Part shown: positions 52,820 to 64,000 of the stretch, piece after piece
Numbering within the stretch: position 1 is the stretch's first letter
Layout of the letters: every line of letters begins with the position of its first letter
Assembly (NCBI GenBank): GCA_951406725.2
Contig: OX597819.1
Span: 99,572,001 to 99,636,000 of the forward strand
Length of the DNA stretch: 64,000 nucleotides
From: Octopus vulgaris
Taxonomy: Eukaryota
Direction: 5' to 3'
Program-made: the position numbers and the translations under genes
Notes under the pieces: model-generated
Seen by the model: the letters and a program-made list of their open reading frames with translations, nothing else
What the model was told of the DNA's origin: nothing
The model's database searches: none

Positions 52820-53470
52820 AGAGGTGTCGAAAAGTTCTTGGCTTTGTGTAAAAGAAAATACTTGGAGATTAGTTAATTATGATTTTAATCACATCTCAGA
52901 TTCATAAACTTATTGCAAAGGTCCTTCAGTTTTTTTTAGGCCCCGTAAAAAAGAATTGAGAAGATTGGGCCTCCAACCAGTTCTCGGTAGCAGCGATCAC
53001 TTTCGAAACGGAAGGAAATTTCGTTAAGTAGAGATGTTTCTTCAATTGTGGACAGAGGTGATAGTCGGAGAGTAGCAAGGCAGGAGAGTAAGGTGGTCTA
53101 TAAATTCGAAGCTAAAGTCGCATATTTTCCGTAGTGCGTCATGTACTGTGTTCTGGGGCATCATCCTGCAAAAACAGGACACCACGGTTCAGCTTTTCTC
53201 GGTGTTTGTGCTTCAAAGCTCCACGCAGTTCGCCCAACCGAGACATGTAGTTTTCTGCGTTGAGAGTGCGAACGTTTGGTAGCTATTATATGAGGAGTAC
53301 TCTGTCTCTCTTTCAGAACACTGAAACCCGAATGTTTTCAGGTACCTTCTGGGTCCGAAATTTCCTATGACGCGCTGAACCACTGTGGTCCCACCCCATT
53401 GATTGCTGCTAGGTCTGGCAAACATGATGATGATGCCAAGTTTCATTCATAGTAGCCAAACCGTAACTGG
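52820..53470 (-). mobile_element. Decayed mariner fragment
   Basis: Reverse strand encodes PPYSPALLLSDYH (~53058-53096). Confidence 0.6.
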
Positions 53471-54143
53471 CAAATCGCACAAATTCACTTAAGGATAGAA
53501 ATATGATGAAGAATATTAGCTTGAGGAAGTTCATCTGGGCACTTAAAGATAAAATCGTTAACATTAGTATAGAATGGGATAAACTCCCTTATAGAACAAG
53601 GGAAAAATATATGAATTGTGCATAAAAATGTATCGGATTTTACACCAAAACATCATCGTCTGCCCCATGGATATCATTACGGTTTCGACACCTTGGCAGT
53701 ACCATTCAATCCGGCAGTGTCATCAGCACTAAAATAAGTGTTGTTTGGGAACAAATAAACAGACCAAAGAAACCTCAACTTTCAAACACATTTACCCAAT
53801 ATACAACCGTATTCATAAATATATTCCATAAGTAAATTGCAAGCCCTCCTAAATACGTAAATAAACAGGGACAACTCTATTAAGTCATAAAAAGTTATAA
53901 TCCATACCGTCTTCCGTAGTGCAATATAAAATTAAAGCTTAAGAACAACATTATTTCAACCAATCAATATGTAGACAGGGTTAAACATTAACCTTCCTAA
54001 AACTACGACAAGAGACATTTAAAACAATGCACATTGTATCGGTATTAATAATAAACTGCAATAACTAAATTATATATGCTAAATTGCAATCCATATTTAA
54101 GTCTATATGAATAATAATCCCACCGGTCTTCCATAGATATTAC

Positions 54144-55430
54144 TATCAGGTCATCCCATAAGTTCTGTCTGAATTTTGAATAAAGAAAACAAGTAATCAA
54201 CTGATATATTCAATTGAAATTTAATCATCAAAGTACCTTCCCTGATTATCTATGACTTCCTTTCATCTATTTACAATATTTTTAATCCCATCAATGTAAA
54301 ACTCTTTTGGTTTCAAAGCGAAGAACTCTGAAATGTCATTTTCGACCTCCTCCTGGCTTGCGAAACTTATGTCCCCCAAATGATCTGTAAACAACGAAAC
54401 AAATGGTAATCTGAAGGAACAAGTTTCGAGAGAATAAGATGGATGAGGATTTTTTTCCCAACCAAGTTCTTCGATCTTCTATGATGTGATCTTTGCAGTG
54501 TGGGGTCGCGCATTGTCCTGATGAAACATCACTCCTTTTCGACTCACTAAAGCGGGTCTTTTTTTTTCTTCAAAGCTTGGTTCAAACGCTCTAATCACTG
54601 CCAGTAGACATGAGCATAGATTATTGCATTAGGTGGTAAGAGTTCAAAGTGAATTACTCCTTTGCAATCCCATCAGATAGAGAGAAGAACCTTTTACCCA
54701 TGAAGTTCCCTTCTAGGTTGTGGATGATCTTTTTCCCTTTTACTAAGCCACTCTTTACGACATTTAACATTTAAATAGAAGATCCATTTTCCGTCACTAG
54801 TCACTAGTCTATCCAAAAAGGGTGAATTGTGTTCGCGAGAATAGAGAGAATAGCAGATGTCAACTCGGGATTTGCGGTTGCTTTCGGACAATTCATGAGG
54901 CACCCATTTTCCAAGTTTAGGAACCTTTCCAAGTTGTTGATGATGACGATGAACAGTTGTATGGTTTGAACAAATTATTGCCAATTCTTCAACTCATAAT
55001 GCAAGATTTTCTTCAAGTAATGCCTCAAGGAGCTTATCATCAAATTCAACTGGAGTCCTGTTCGATCTTTATCTTCAAGGCTGATATCTCCACTTCTGAA
55101 TTTTGAAAACCACCTTCTGCATGCTCTTTCATTTAAGCATTCCTTCCCATAAACTGAGTGTATGTTTCGAGTCGCGTCGGCTGCAGAATTTCCTTTTTTT
55201 GTACTCATAAAGCATGTGACTCAAATGCACTTTGGATACTTTCATGTTATAAAGAGTTTTAGTCAAAGAAATTTTAATTCTATTATTCTGTAAAATAATA
55301 TTTAAGTAGTGTAAATGTACACAAATGTATAAAAATAATTTTTAATTCCATTTGACATTCTAAACTACTATTAAATTTCATACATTTTTAAAAAGGTAAA
55401 ATCGGACAGAATTTATGGGATGATCTGATA
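54144..55430 (-). mobile_element. Full-length but disrupted mariner transposon (~1.29 kb)
   Basis: TIRs tatcaggtcatcccataagttctgtc / gacagaatttatgggatgatctgata; ORFs with WFSKFRSGD, GKWVPHEL, LVTSDGKW, FHQDNAR, PSDYH. Confidence 0.9.
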
Positions 55431-56204
55431 TAATGAAAGTTCAAACCTTATAAAATATTTTCCAAAACAAAACACGATTGAAATTAATTTAACTACTATT
55501 TTTAAGAGAGAAGTACATTATTTCATCATTCAAAAGTTAATAATAAAACACTACATAAACATTAATATCACCACTACTAGTTATAATGTAAATTACTGGT
55601 GAGTAATATACATTTAAATTTCATTAAATAGAAAATAATAAATGTACTTGTAATAAGCTAATATTATAAACCTGGGCAATCTAGAGTTAGAATTGAGCAA
55701 TCACTCCAACATTATTTTTTATTTACTAATTTAAGCATAACTGAAACATCAACGATATTTTTCGCATCACTTCTCCTATACTATAACCTGTAGTTTTGTA
55801 GTATCCTGGAGGAGTCATTGATGAGAAACCAGAAGGTGAAAGCAGAGCAACAAAATTCTGTTCACAAAACGGAACAGTTTACTGTTGCTTTTTTAAGGTT
55901 TCCACTGTGACAGTTATGAAAGTCTAATTATGTAAAATTTCAGTGTATTAATTGAATAAATAGCTGATAAAAGAAAAGAAGTAACTTTTCAAATCTGTTG
56001 GCTTTACATTGACAATGATCGCACACGTAAGCCATCTGCTTTGCTCTGCTGAAAATGTGTAAATGCTTCAGAAAGCACACCTTCAATTGAAAGTAATAAT
56101 CTCTAGAGAGGTCGTCACTTGAATGGCTCTAATAAAATCATGCTAAATTGTTCATCTGCAGTAAAATCATAAGTAGAGTTGAGCCTTCCTTCATACTATA
56201 ACAT

Positions 56205-57700
56205 CTTCATGATCATCAAAATTTAACGTCCGTTTTCCACGCTGGCATGGTTTGGACGGTTTGACAGGAGCCAGGCAGCTGATGAGCTGCTCCGATTCCA
56301 TTTCTGCTTTGGCATGGTTTCTATGGCTGAATGCCCTTCGTAACGGCAACCACTTTACAAAATGTAGTGGAGTGCTCTTGCGCAGCACCGGCACGGGTGC
56401 TTTTTACGTGGCACCAGCAATCACGAGCCCTTAAGGATAACGAAGCTGAAGTGGGTCGCTGAGAACATGCTTGTCTTCAAGAACAACCAGTATTTTACTT
56501 AGCATGACATGTCTTCTCAAGCACAGCAAATCGCCAGAAGTCACAGTCTCATATCTTACCCTCTGCGAGACCCAACTTATGACGATCCTTTTTCACCACT
56601 TCGTCCCACTTCTTCCCTGGTCTGTTCCTTCAAGACATTTTCTCCATAGCAAAAAATAAGTACTTTTTGATGCAACTGTCTTCATTCATACGGATGACAT
56701 GACCGTATCAACACAGTCTTATCTCTTGCACTTTACATCTAATGTCTCGTATTCCTAGTTTATCTATCAAGTCACTTTCACTCCGTCATATATACAGACG
56801 AACATTACGCATCTAGCAGAGCATATCGGTTACATTTCTTTCAAGCCTTAGCATGTCCCTAGTAGTCACGGTCCACGTCTCACTGCCATGTCGCATACCT
56901 GTTTGTACACAGTCATCATACAATCTGGATTGCACTCTGAGAGAGAGGCACTTCGTCACTAACAGAGTTAATAACTCTCTGAACTTTACCCAATTCATTC
57001 TTATACTAGCAGCTATACTTTCGGAACAATCTTGACCACTGCTGAATCAACTAATTAACGGGACCAGTCTTCTCCATCAAAGGGCCCCCACTGACATTTG
57101 AGGAAATTTACTTTTGGTACATTCCTGATATTTAATGTACTTGCTCATCTGCCACATGTAACGAGTAGTTTCTTTGTTAATCTTTCAGTGATACGCTGCA
57201 ATTCTTATGTATCCATAGCTTGCACTGGATATACCGTATGGAGCTTCTCCCGACACCTTTTCTTCATATCAAACAGGGCCATCATCGTGAAGGAATCAGT
57301 GATTTTTTGCTTTCTTACTTATTAGGACTTTGGTCTTTGCTAAATTATCTCAAAGGCTCTTTTATTACAGACCTTGTTTCCATACCTCAAACGTCATCTC
57401 TAGTTCTGGTAATGATTCAGCAATAAGAACGTGGTCATTTAGTGGAGATGCCTTCCAGGAAAGCCAGTCTTAAATTCTTCTCTTATAGTTTGGAGGACTA
57501 TGATAAACAATGACGGGCACTGAGAACCGAACCCTGGTGGACTCCTACTTGTACAATAAATTCTTTGCTATATTAATATGCATCTTTTACCTTACTGATA
57601 GCATCCCCATACATGGCTTTTGACAGCTGTCACCTATCACTCATATGCTTCTAGCTTTAGCAAAGCCAGCCAGATAATGCAGTGGAAATACTGTTGTTAG
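56205..57700 (-). mobile_element. Decayed RTE-like LINE 3' portion
   Basis: Reverse translation WVKFRELL..LSLRVQSRLY..MRHGSETW..LERN and GVHQGSVL; many disruptions. Confidence 0.7.
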
Positions 57701-58466
57701 ACTTTATTTCTGGGATATTTTTCTTATGATTTGATCTTTAATGGGTTTCCAACATTTCAAGAGAACTAGATGTCAATGGGTGTTTTGAAAAAATATTTTG
57801 GTAGGTTGGCTACGTGATCTTATCTTTGTTTTCTGGTTAAGACAGTCAAAAAATGACAATGGCGTAAAACGGCAGGAGGGAAATACTGGCTTATAAATCT
57901 CTCACTATTCAATGTTATTTTATCCTTAACATTCGTGAAAGACATATGGGTTTTGTCCGCATATTTTGCACTGCAAAATATTTATGCATCTTGGTTTCTC
58001 TTGCTGATAATCTCAAGTTTGGACATCAAACCACCGCATTTTTACACCGCTAAAATGACGCCTTTTTATTCTTGTGCAACCACAGCTTAGTAAACATTTT
58101 GGTAGACAACCAAACGACGACATGTATACAGAATTTATAATTAAGTTTCTTAGAGTTTGATATATTTTGAGATGTTTGATGATCATTTTAGTCAAGTTTC
58201 TTTGATATTTTAGTTTTTATTTACTATAATATTTCTGTATTTAGTTGTTATACTTAATTTTTTAGGTTATTGTTCTTATAATCTGATCTATGTTTCCCAC
58301 ATTTCATGACAGCTTGAAGTATGGAAGGCTATGATGGTAAATTTGCAAATTGTTACATTTGTTCCAATCGGTTGGTTGTATTCTGAAAATGAGCACCGAA
58401 ATACCTTTCTACTTACAATTTAATTATAAAATATTTCCTCGGATCTTTCTTTTTTGTTTTTTGTAG

Positions 58467-58520
58467 AAAACACAAGCATGTCAACAGTGGCAATGTCAAT
58501 AGTGACAATGACCTCAGAAG
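58467..58520 (+). CDS. Candidate mucin mini-exon (ENTSMSTVAMSIVTMTSE)
   Basis: Long T-tract + tAG, G|GTATGT donor, 54 bp, phase 1-1; related to exons N and O. Confidence 0.65.
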
Positions 58521-58720
58521 GTATGTAGTACTTTCTAAATTTCCTTGCATCAATTTTTTTATATTATCAACTAGAAGTATGGGAGGCTATTTTGGTAAAT
58601 TTGCAAATTGTTACATTTGTTCCAATCGGTTGGTTGTATTCTGAAAATGAACACCGAAATATCGTTCAACGTATACTTTAATTATTAAATATATCCTCGG
58701 ATCTTTCTCTGTTTTTGTAG

Positions 58721-58765
58721 TTAACACAACCAGGGAAATGTCCACAGTGGTAACGACAGCAGAAG
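58721..58765 (+). CDS. Candidate mucin mini-exon (VNTTREMSTVVTTAE)
   Basis: Second copy of a ~255-bp tandem unit (~58315-58820); intact AG/GT, 45 bp, phase 1-1. Confidence 0.65.
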
Positions 58766-59066
58766 GTATGTAGTACTTTCTAAATTTCCTTGTATCAATT
58801 TTTTTTATATTATCAACATATGTTAAACGCACATCTATCAAGTGACCTGATTATAAAATCTTTATATTACGTTTACCAAAATTTTTACTGACTAGGGAAT
58901 GCACAGGAATAAGGATAACGCCCACTCCAGTACGCAAACATATGTATGGACACAGGAAAATATTCATGATATAGATGCTCGTGTAATGTAGTGGCATTGT
59001 TGTACAATAATTTGTCATTCTGTTTAAGACAGTTGAACAATCATCGTTTTTCTATGTACGTATCTA

Positions 59067-59123
<57 letters not shown>

Positions 59124-59163
59124 GTATCTATCTATCTAACTATCTATCTAACTATATATCTAT

Positions 59164-59226
<63 letters not shown>

Positions 59227-59911
59227 AAGAAAAAAAGCAGTCAGAATCAGCGCTTTCTTTCGGTTACAAACAAGTCAAGACAAAATCAAAAGTTTTGACG
59301 AAGTGTTCAGATGATCTCATGAGATTGGTGATTTTGTGTGGTTATTCGAGTTATATTTTTAGCGCCTATTTCTAGCAATTTCAGGAGCTTTTTCCCCTTA
59401 TATATTTATTTTGCCCCCTTATGTATGTATTTTTGTCCTTTAATTGTTGTAGCCACCTATATTATAATGTACTTAATATATGCTTGAGCAAGTTACAGTG
59501 TCTCTTATTTAAATTCTTGCGGAAGAGACGCGTTTCAGTGGTCAGGTGGTCAATCTGTTGCCAGTATCCTCTGAGAGGCAGATTAGGTATGTCGTGGCTT
59601 CTAATGCACAGACACGCTGTTAAGTTACGCCACCTGCAACGGTTTGTGGACGGTGAGCATGTTGGGCTCCATTTGTGAGGCTCATCTTTCCACAGCTCGT
59701 CTCCTTGACGGAGCTGCAATCCTGGGTGAGTAAAAGACTGAAACTGGGCGCCTCGCTACTAGAATATCGTCACGCGCTAACAATCCCTCTACCGGTCGGG
59801 CAATAGGATTAGCGGAGGTCCTGCTTTAGAAATTTATAGAGAATTAGTGGAAGGAAGGGTGCGACGACGTTTTCGGGGAGATTCAGGGTGACGACGAAAA
59901 CGAAATGGCTA

Positions 59912-60340
59912 GGCGCAGGAGTGGCTGTGTGGTAAGTAGCTTGCTAACCAACCACATGGTTCCGGGTTCAGTCCCACTGCGTGGCATCTTGGGCAAGTGT
60001 CTTCTGCTATAGCTCCGGGCCGACCAATGCCTTGTGAGTGGATTTGGTAGACGGAAACTGAAAGAAGCCTGTCGTATATATGTATATATATGTATGTGTG
60101 TGTGTGTGTGTGTGTGCTTGTGTGTCTGTGTTTGTCCCCCTAGCATTGCTTGACAGCCGATGCTGGTGTGTTTACGTCCCCGTCATTTAGCGGTTCGGCA
60201 AAAGAGACCGATAGAATAAGTACTACGCTTACAAAGAATAAGTCCCGGGGTCGATTTGCTCGACTAAAGGCGGTGCTCCAGCATGGCCGCAGTCAAATGA
60301 TTGAAACAAGTAAAAGAGAGCAAAGAGTAAAAGAGTAAGA
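59912..60340 (+). mobile_element. SINE family A (full length)
   Basis: Same head, core and tail as the 2374 copy. Confidence 0.9.
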
Positions 60341-60454
60341 GAGTCTGTTGAGGAAGACTTTCCTGTTGGGAACTATCATTGCATAATTTCCAGATGTCCT
60401 TGGCCTGGCAGTGCTACAGTGGGGCGCTACCGGTTCGAGATAAACTCTACAGGC

Positions 60455-60865
<411 letters not shown>

Positions 60866-61381
60866 TTCTTATTATTATAACCATCATTAATATGGCCGCC
60901 ATACTTTGAAGTCGCGGAAATATGGTGCTCTGAATATTGAAAAAATATTTGAAATCTTTTCGGTCTTCTAAGGCCCATTCTTTTCTTTTCCGATGTTCCC
61001 ATTACATTTCGGAGATTGTCTGGAATGTGCAGATAGTAATTTTGTGTTGCAGGAGATACGCAATAAATAATTTTTGAATCGGAACTGCTTTCGGCAAAAG
61101 CAAATATTTTACAATTTTCTGTAATTATTTAAAGTTGGCTGATAAAGAAGCCGTCATAATATTCGATAAAGGAATGCTCTCTTTGTCGACAAATTTTGAG
61201 AACAAAGAAAAAATTGATAATATCAACATCGGATGGCCTAAACTTAATGACGTCACCGATACGGAAAATATTTCGTCTCTAAGCAACGTCAAGACATTAG
61301 GGATCGAAAAGGAAACAACAACAACAGCAGCAGCAGCAGTGACAGCAGTAGCACCAGTAGTGACTGCAGCAGTAACAACAG

Positions 61382-61745
61382 TGGAGGCGCAATGGCCCAA
61401 TGGTTAGGGCAGCGGACTCGCGGTCGGAGGATCGCGGTTTTGTTCCCAGACCGGGCGTTGTGTGTGTTTATTGAGCGAAAACACCTAAAGCTCCACGAGG
61501 CTCCGGTAGAGGGTGGTAGCGACACCTGTTGTACTCTTTCGCTCCAACTTTCTCTCACTCTTTCTTCTTGTTTCTTGTCCCCGACTTCCACCGCAACTGC
61601 TGATCCTGGATGCGCATTCATCCATCCGTCGATGCTCTCGGTGTCGGGGCTTGACCTGCTTTCTCTTCTGCAGGTCTTACGAATAGCAAAGGACCACGTT
61701 TCGGACTTCTCCCAGGACGAAGACCGCTTCGCTCAACAAACAAAC
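61382..61745 (+). mobile_element. tRNA-derived SINE, family C head with a different 3' part
   Basis: Head matches the reverse complement of the 17380-17762 copy; ends in (AAAC)n. Confidence 0.75.
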
Positions 61746-61789
61746 AAACAAAGCAGCAACAAGAACAACAACAAACAATAATGATAACA

Positions 61790-64000
61790 GCAACAATACG
61801 AAGGAAATAACACATAAAAATGCAAATATCGCCCCTGTTTATTTTGCGTCGGCGGCGAGAAATATGGAGCACTTCCACATTAATGCTTGGAATTTTTTTA
61901 ATAGAGATGGGAGAAAGGTAGCTCTAAACCCTCCATCGGACGTGAAAGAAAATATCGCAAGATTCACGGTCACATACCGTTGCATCAGAGTCAAGTCTCG
62001 GTGGGTGGAAAATGCTTCCGAGAGCGAAGTACAAAAATGCCTTGGGAGCGAGTAGGAACAAAAGACCCACATCAATTGAGGAAAGCAGTTTGAAACCACT
62101 GAGGTGAGATTTGGGACGGAAGATGAAGCTAGATGTAATTCCGCAACCACTTTGAAGAATGGCAACTTATTCTTAATCCCCAGCTATTGCGCCCAACGTC
62201 TTGCCAAGATTAAGGTGTTCAAATATCCATTACCTGGTTAGTGGTGGCCGTCTTGGCAGGTTTAGAAGAAGCCAAAGTCACAATACAGGAGGTCAAGTAA
62301 CTACCTAAGCAATACTGGTTAGGTATAGGTATGGAACTGACCTTGTAATGCAAGCAGAACCATATCAACCAGCTGCCTGAACTAATCGATCTACCGGATG
62401 GCACTCACCTGTCAGTGTTCGTGGAGGTTAGAAAGCCAAGAGGCCACAAATATGGATCTGTAAAACACTTAAAGGATTCCTACCCTGAAACAAAGAAAAA
62501 TAAAGTCTCACCGTGGCAACATTACAAGTACCTCACGTGCTAAATCATAAACAAGTGCACGAGTCTCCCACATCTTCTCCCAAACCCACGCTCACACCCA
62601 CTCGCAAACCAAAACAAAGATGAAGTCTAACCTTCTATAAGGAAGAGCATTGAGGAGAAACTTGCTTTTCCGTGGCCACGGTTGCCATGGAAAAGCAAGT
62701 TTCTCCTGAACGCTCTTCATCCCAAACCAACATCAACTGCAATGAGATGGAGAAGGAAGAGCTGAACGATCAATGGATCGCAGTGACAAAAGGAGATAGG
62801 TGAATGAGGAGGAGAGCATATAGAGCTACTCCAAGAAATCAACAAAAACTTATTCTGAAATCACAACTGCAACTTAATTCAGAACCACTACAACAAAAAT
62901 TGCCAGAACAGGATCAACAACATATCAACAGCAGCATGAACTTCAAAAATATTTATTAGACTGTAGACGAAATGTATTCATCAATTTCACTGTTGTGTAC
63001 AAGCGTAACAGTGAATTGGTGGATTTTATATTCACATTTAAAAAGAATTCAAACAGTATAGTGAGAGAGGGAAAGGAATTTGAGGATTTTATCCCCAAAA
63101 CCCCCAAGAAGAGACTCTTAATTAAAACTTCCTGAAACGTGTATAACACAATGATAGAAAAATTCCCAGGAAGTTTCGGGATTTTAAAAAACTCCATTGA
63201 TAAAAGGCTGTTGGAATGGCCTTTCAAAAATTTCGCCAGTAGAGAAGCCTGGAACTTCCGGGCTTCTCGAAAACCAAGGTGAGAATTTTCCTTCGTATTT
63301 TACCGTACGAGCCCTTTCTTGTTATCCTAGTCATTTTCTTTCTTTGATTAGCATGGCTGTGCTGAAAATGGGGTGTGTGATTGTGCGTGGCCTGGGATCA
63401 GCCTGGAAGCAAGGTCACTTGCTCAATGATCTCAGGTTACTTGATTTAGATATAGCTGCAATTAGTGGAAGAAAGATCTCCGGAAAACACGGTCTGGCAT
63501 CCACTTTTGAAGACTACGTGGTACTCTCATCTTGTGGTCTACCGGGTGCGGATAGCTGTGTAGCAGTGCTACTATGGAAATCGTTAGATCTAGAAGTACG
63601 GACTTCTTTCTAGATCCGGATGGTTGGTTGTTGATTCTGGACGTGAACGGCAGTGAAGGTAGCGCCTTTAGACTAGTGGCGGTTTATGCTCCAACAGGGA
63701 CTGGAAGGCTAGATTTCTTCAGGCGTCTAGAAACATTCTTGGAAACGTCTCGCTCTTTAGTACTAGTCGGGGAGTGGAATAGTATTTTGGACACACGAAG
63801 GACTGTGTGAGATTAGTACATAGTAGAAGAGGGTGTAAAGCCACGAAAACCTGCTCAGGACTTTCCAGCTTTCTGGCAGGTACCGACTGGATTTCCCTGA
63901 TTTGCCTGTGTGGCCATGGAGCAACCACAGCCGATCATGTTCATCGTATTTAGATAGAGTATTTGTTAGGTCATTGGATATGGATAGCGTAGGCCACCTT
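61790..64000 (+). mobile_element. Decayed L1/Tx1-like LINE (ORF1 remnants + ORF2 APE endonuclease), runs off the window end
   Basis: MAVLKMGCVIVRGL.., FRLVAVYAP, LVLVGEWNSILD, SYLDRVF motifs from ~63353; frameshifted. Confidence 0.8.

Overview
AT-rich, microsatellite-dense eukaryotic genomic DNA, most likely from an octopus (inferred from the tRNA-derived SINE families; no database search was run). The + strand carries the middle of one large intron-rich gene for an extracellular, heavily N-glycosylated multi-EGF/mucin-like protein. I read 15 in-frame GT-AG exons from 5142 to 34441 (about 660 aa: calcium-binding EGF and laminin-type EGF modules, then Thr/Pro-rich mini-exons), plus weaker candidate exons to 58765. 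No start, signal peptide or transmembrane exon is visible, and a 100-N gap lies at 37430-37529. The introns hold SINEs, CR1-, RTE-, Tx1-, Hero- and R4/Dong-type LINE fragments, Penelope-like elements (PLEs) and Tc1/mariner relics. The main unexplained signal is a set of unrelated minimal type I hammerhead ribozyme motifs. The best one has a compensatory U3-A8 core and sits in a 356-bp structured unit with a 43-bp terminal redundancy (retrozyme-like), on the sense strand of the host pre-mRNA. Other notable points are a duplicated five-exon EGF cassette, tandemly amplified mucin mini-exons, a decayed internal duplicate with a pseudo-exon, and a duplicated splice acceptor that leads to an immediate stop. 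All alignments and folds were done by eye.
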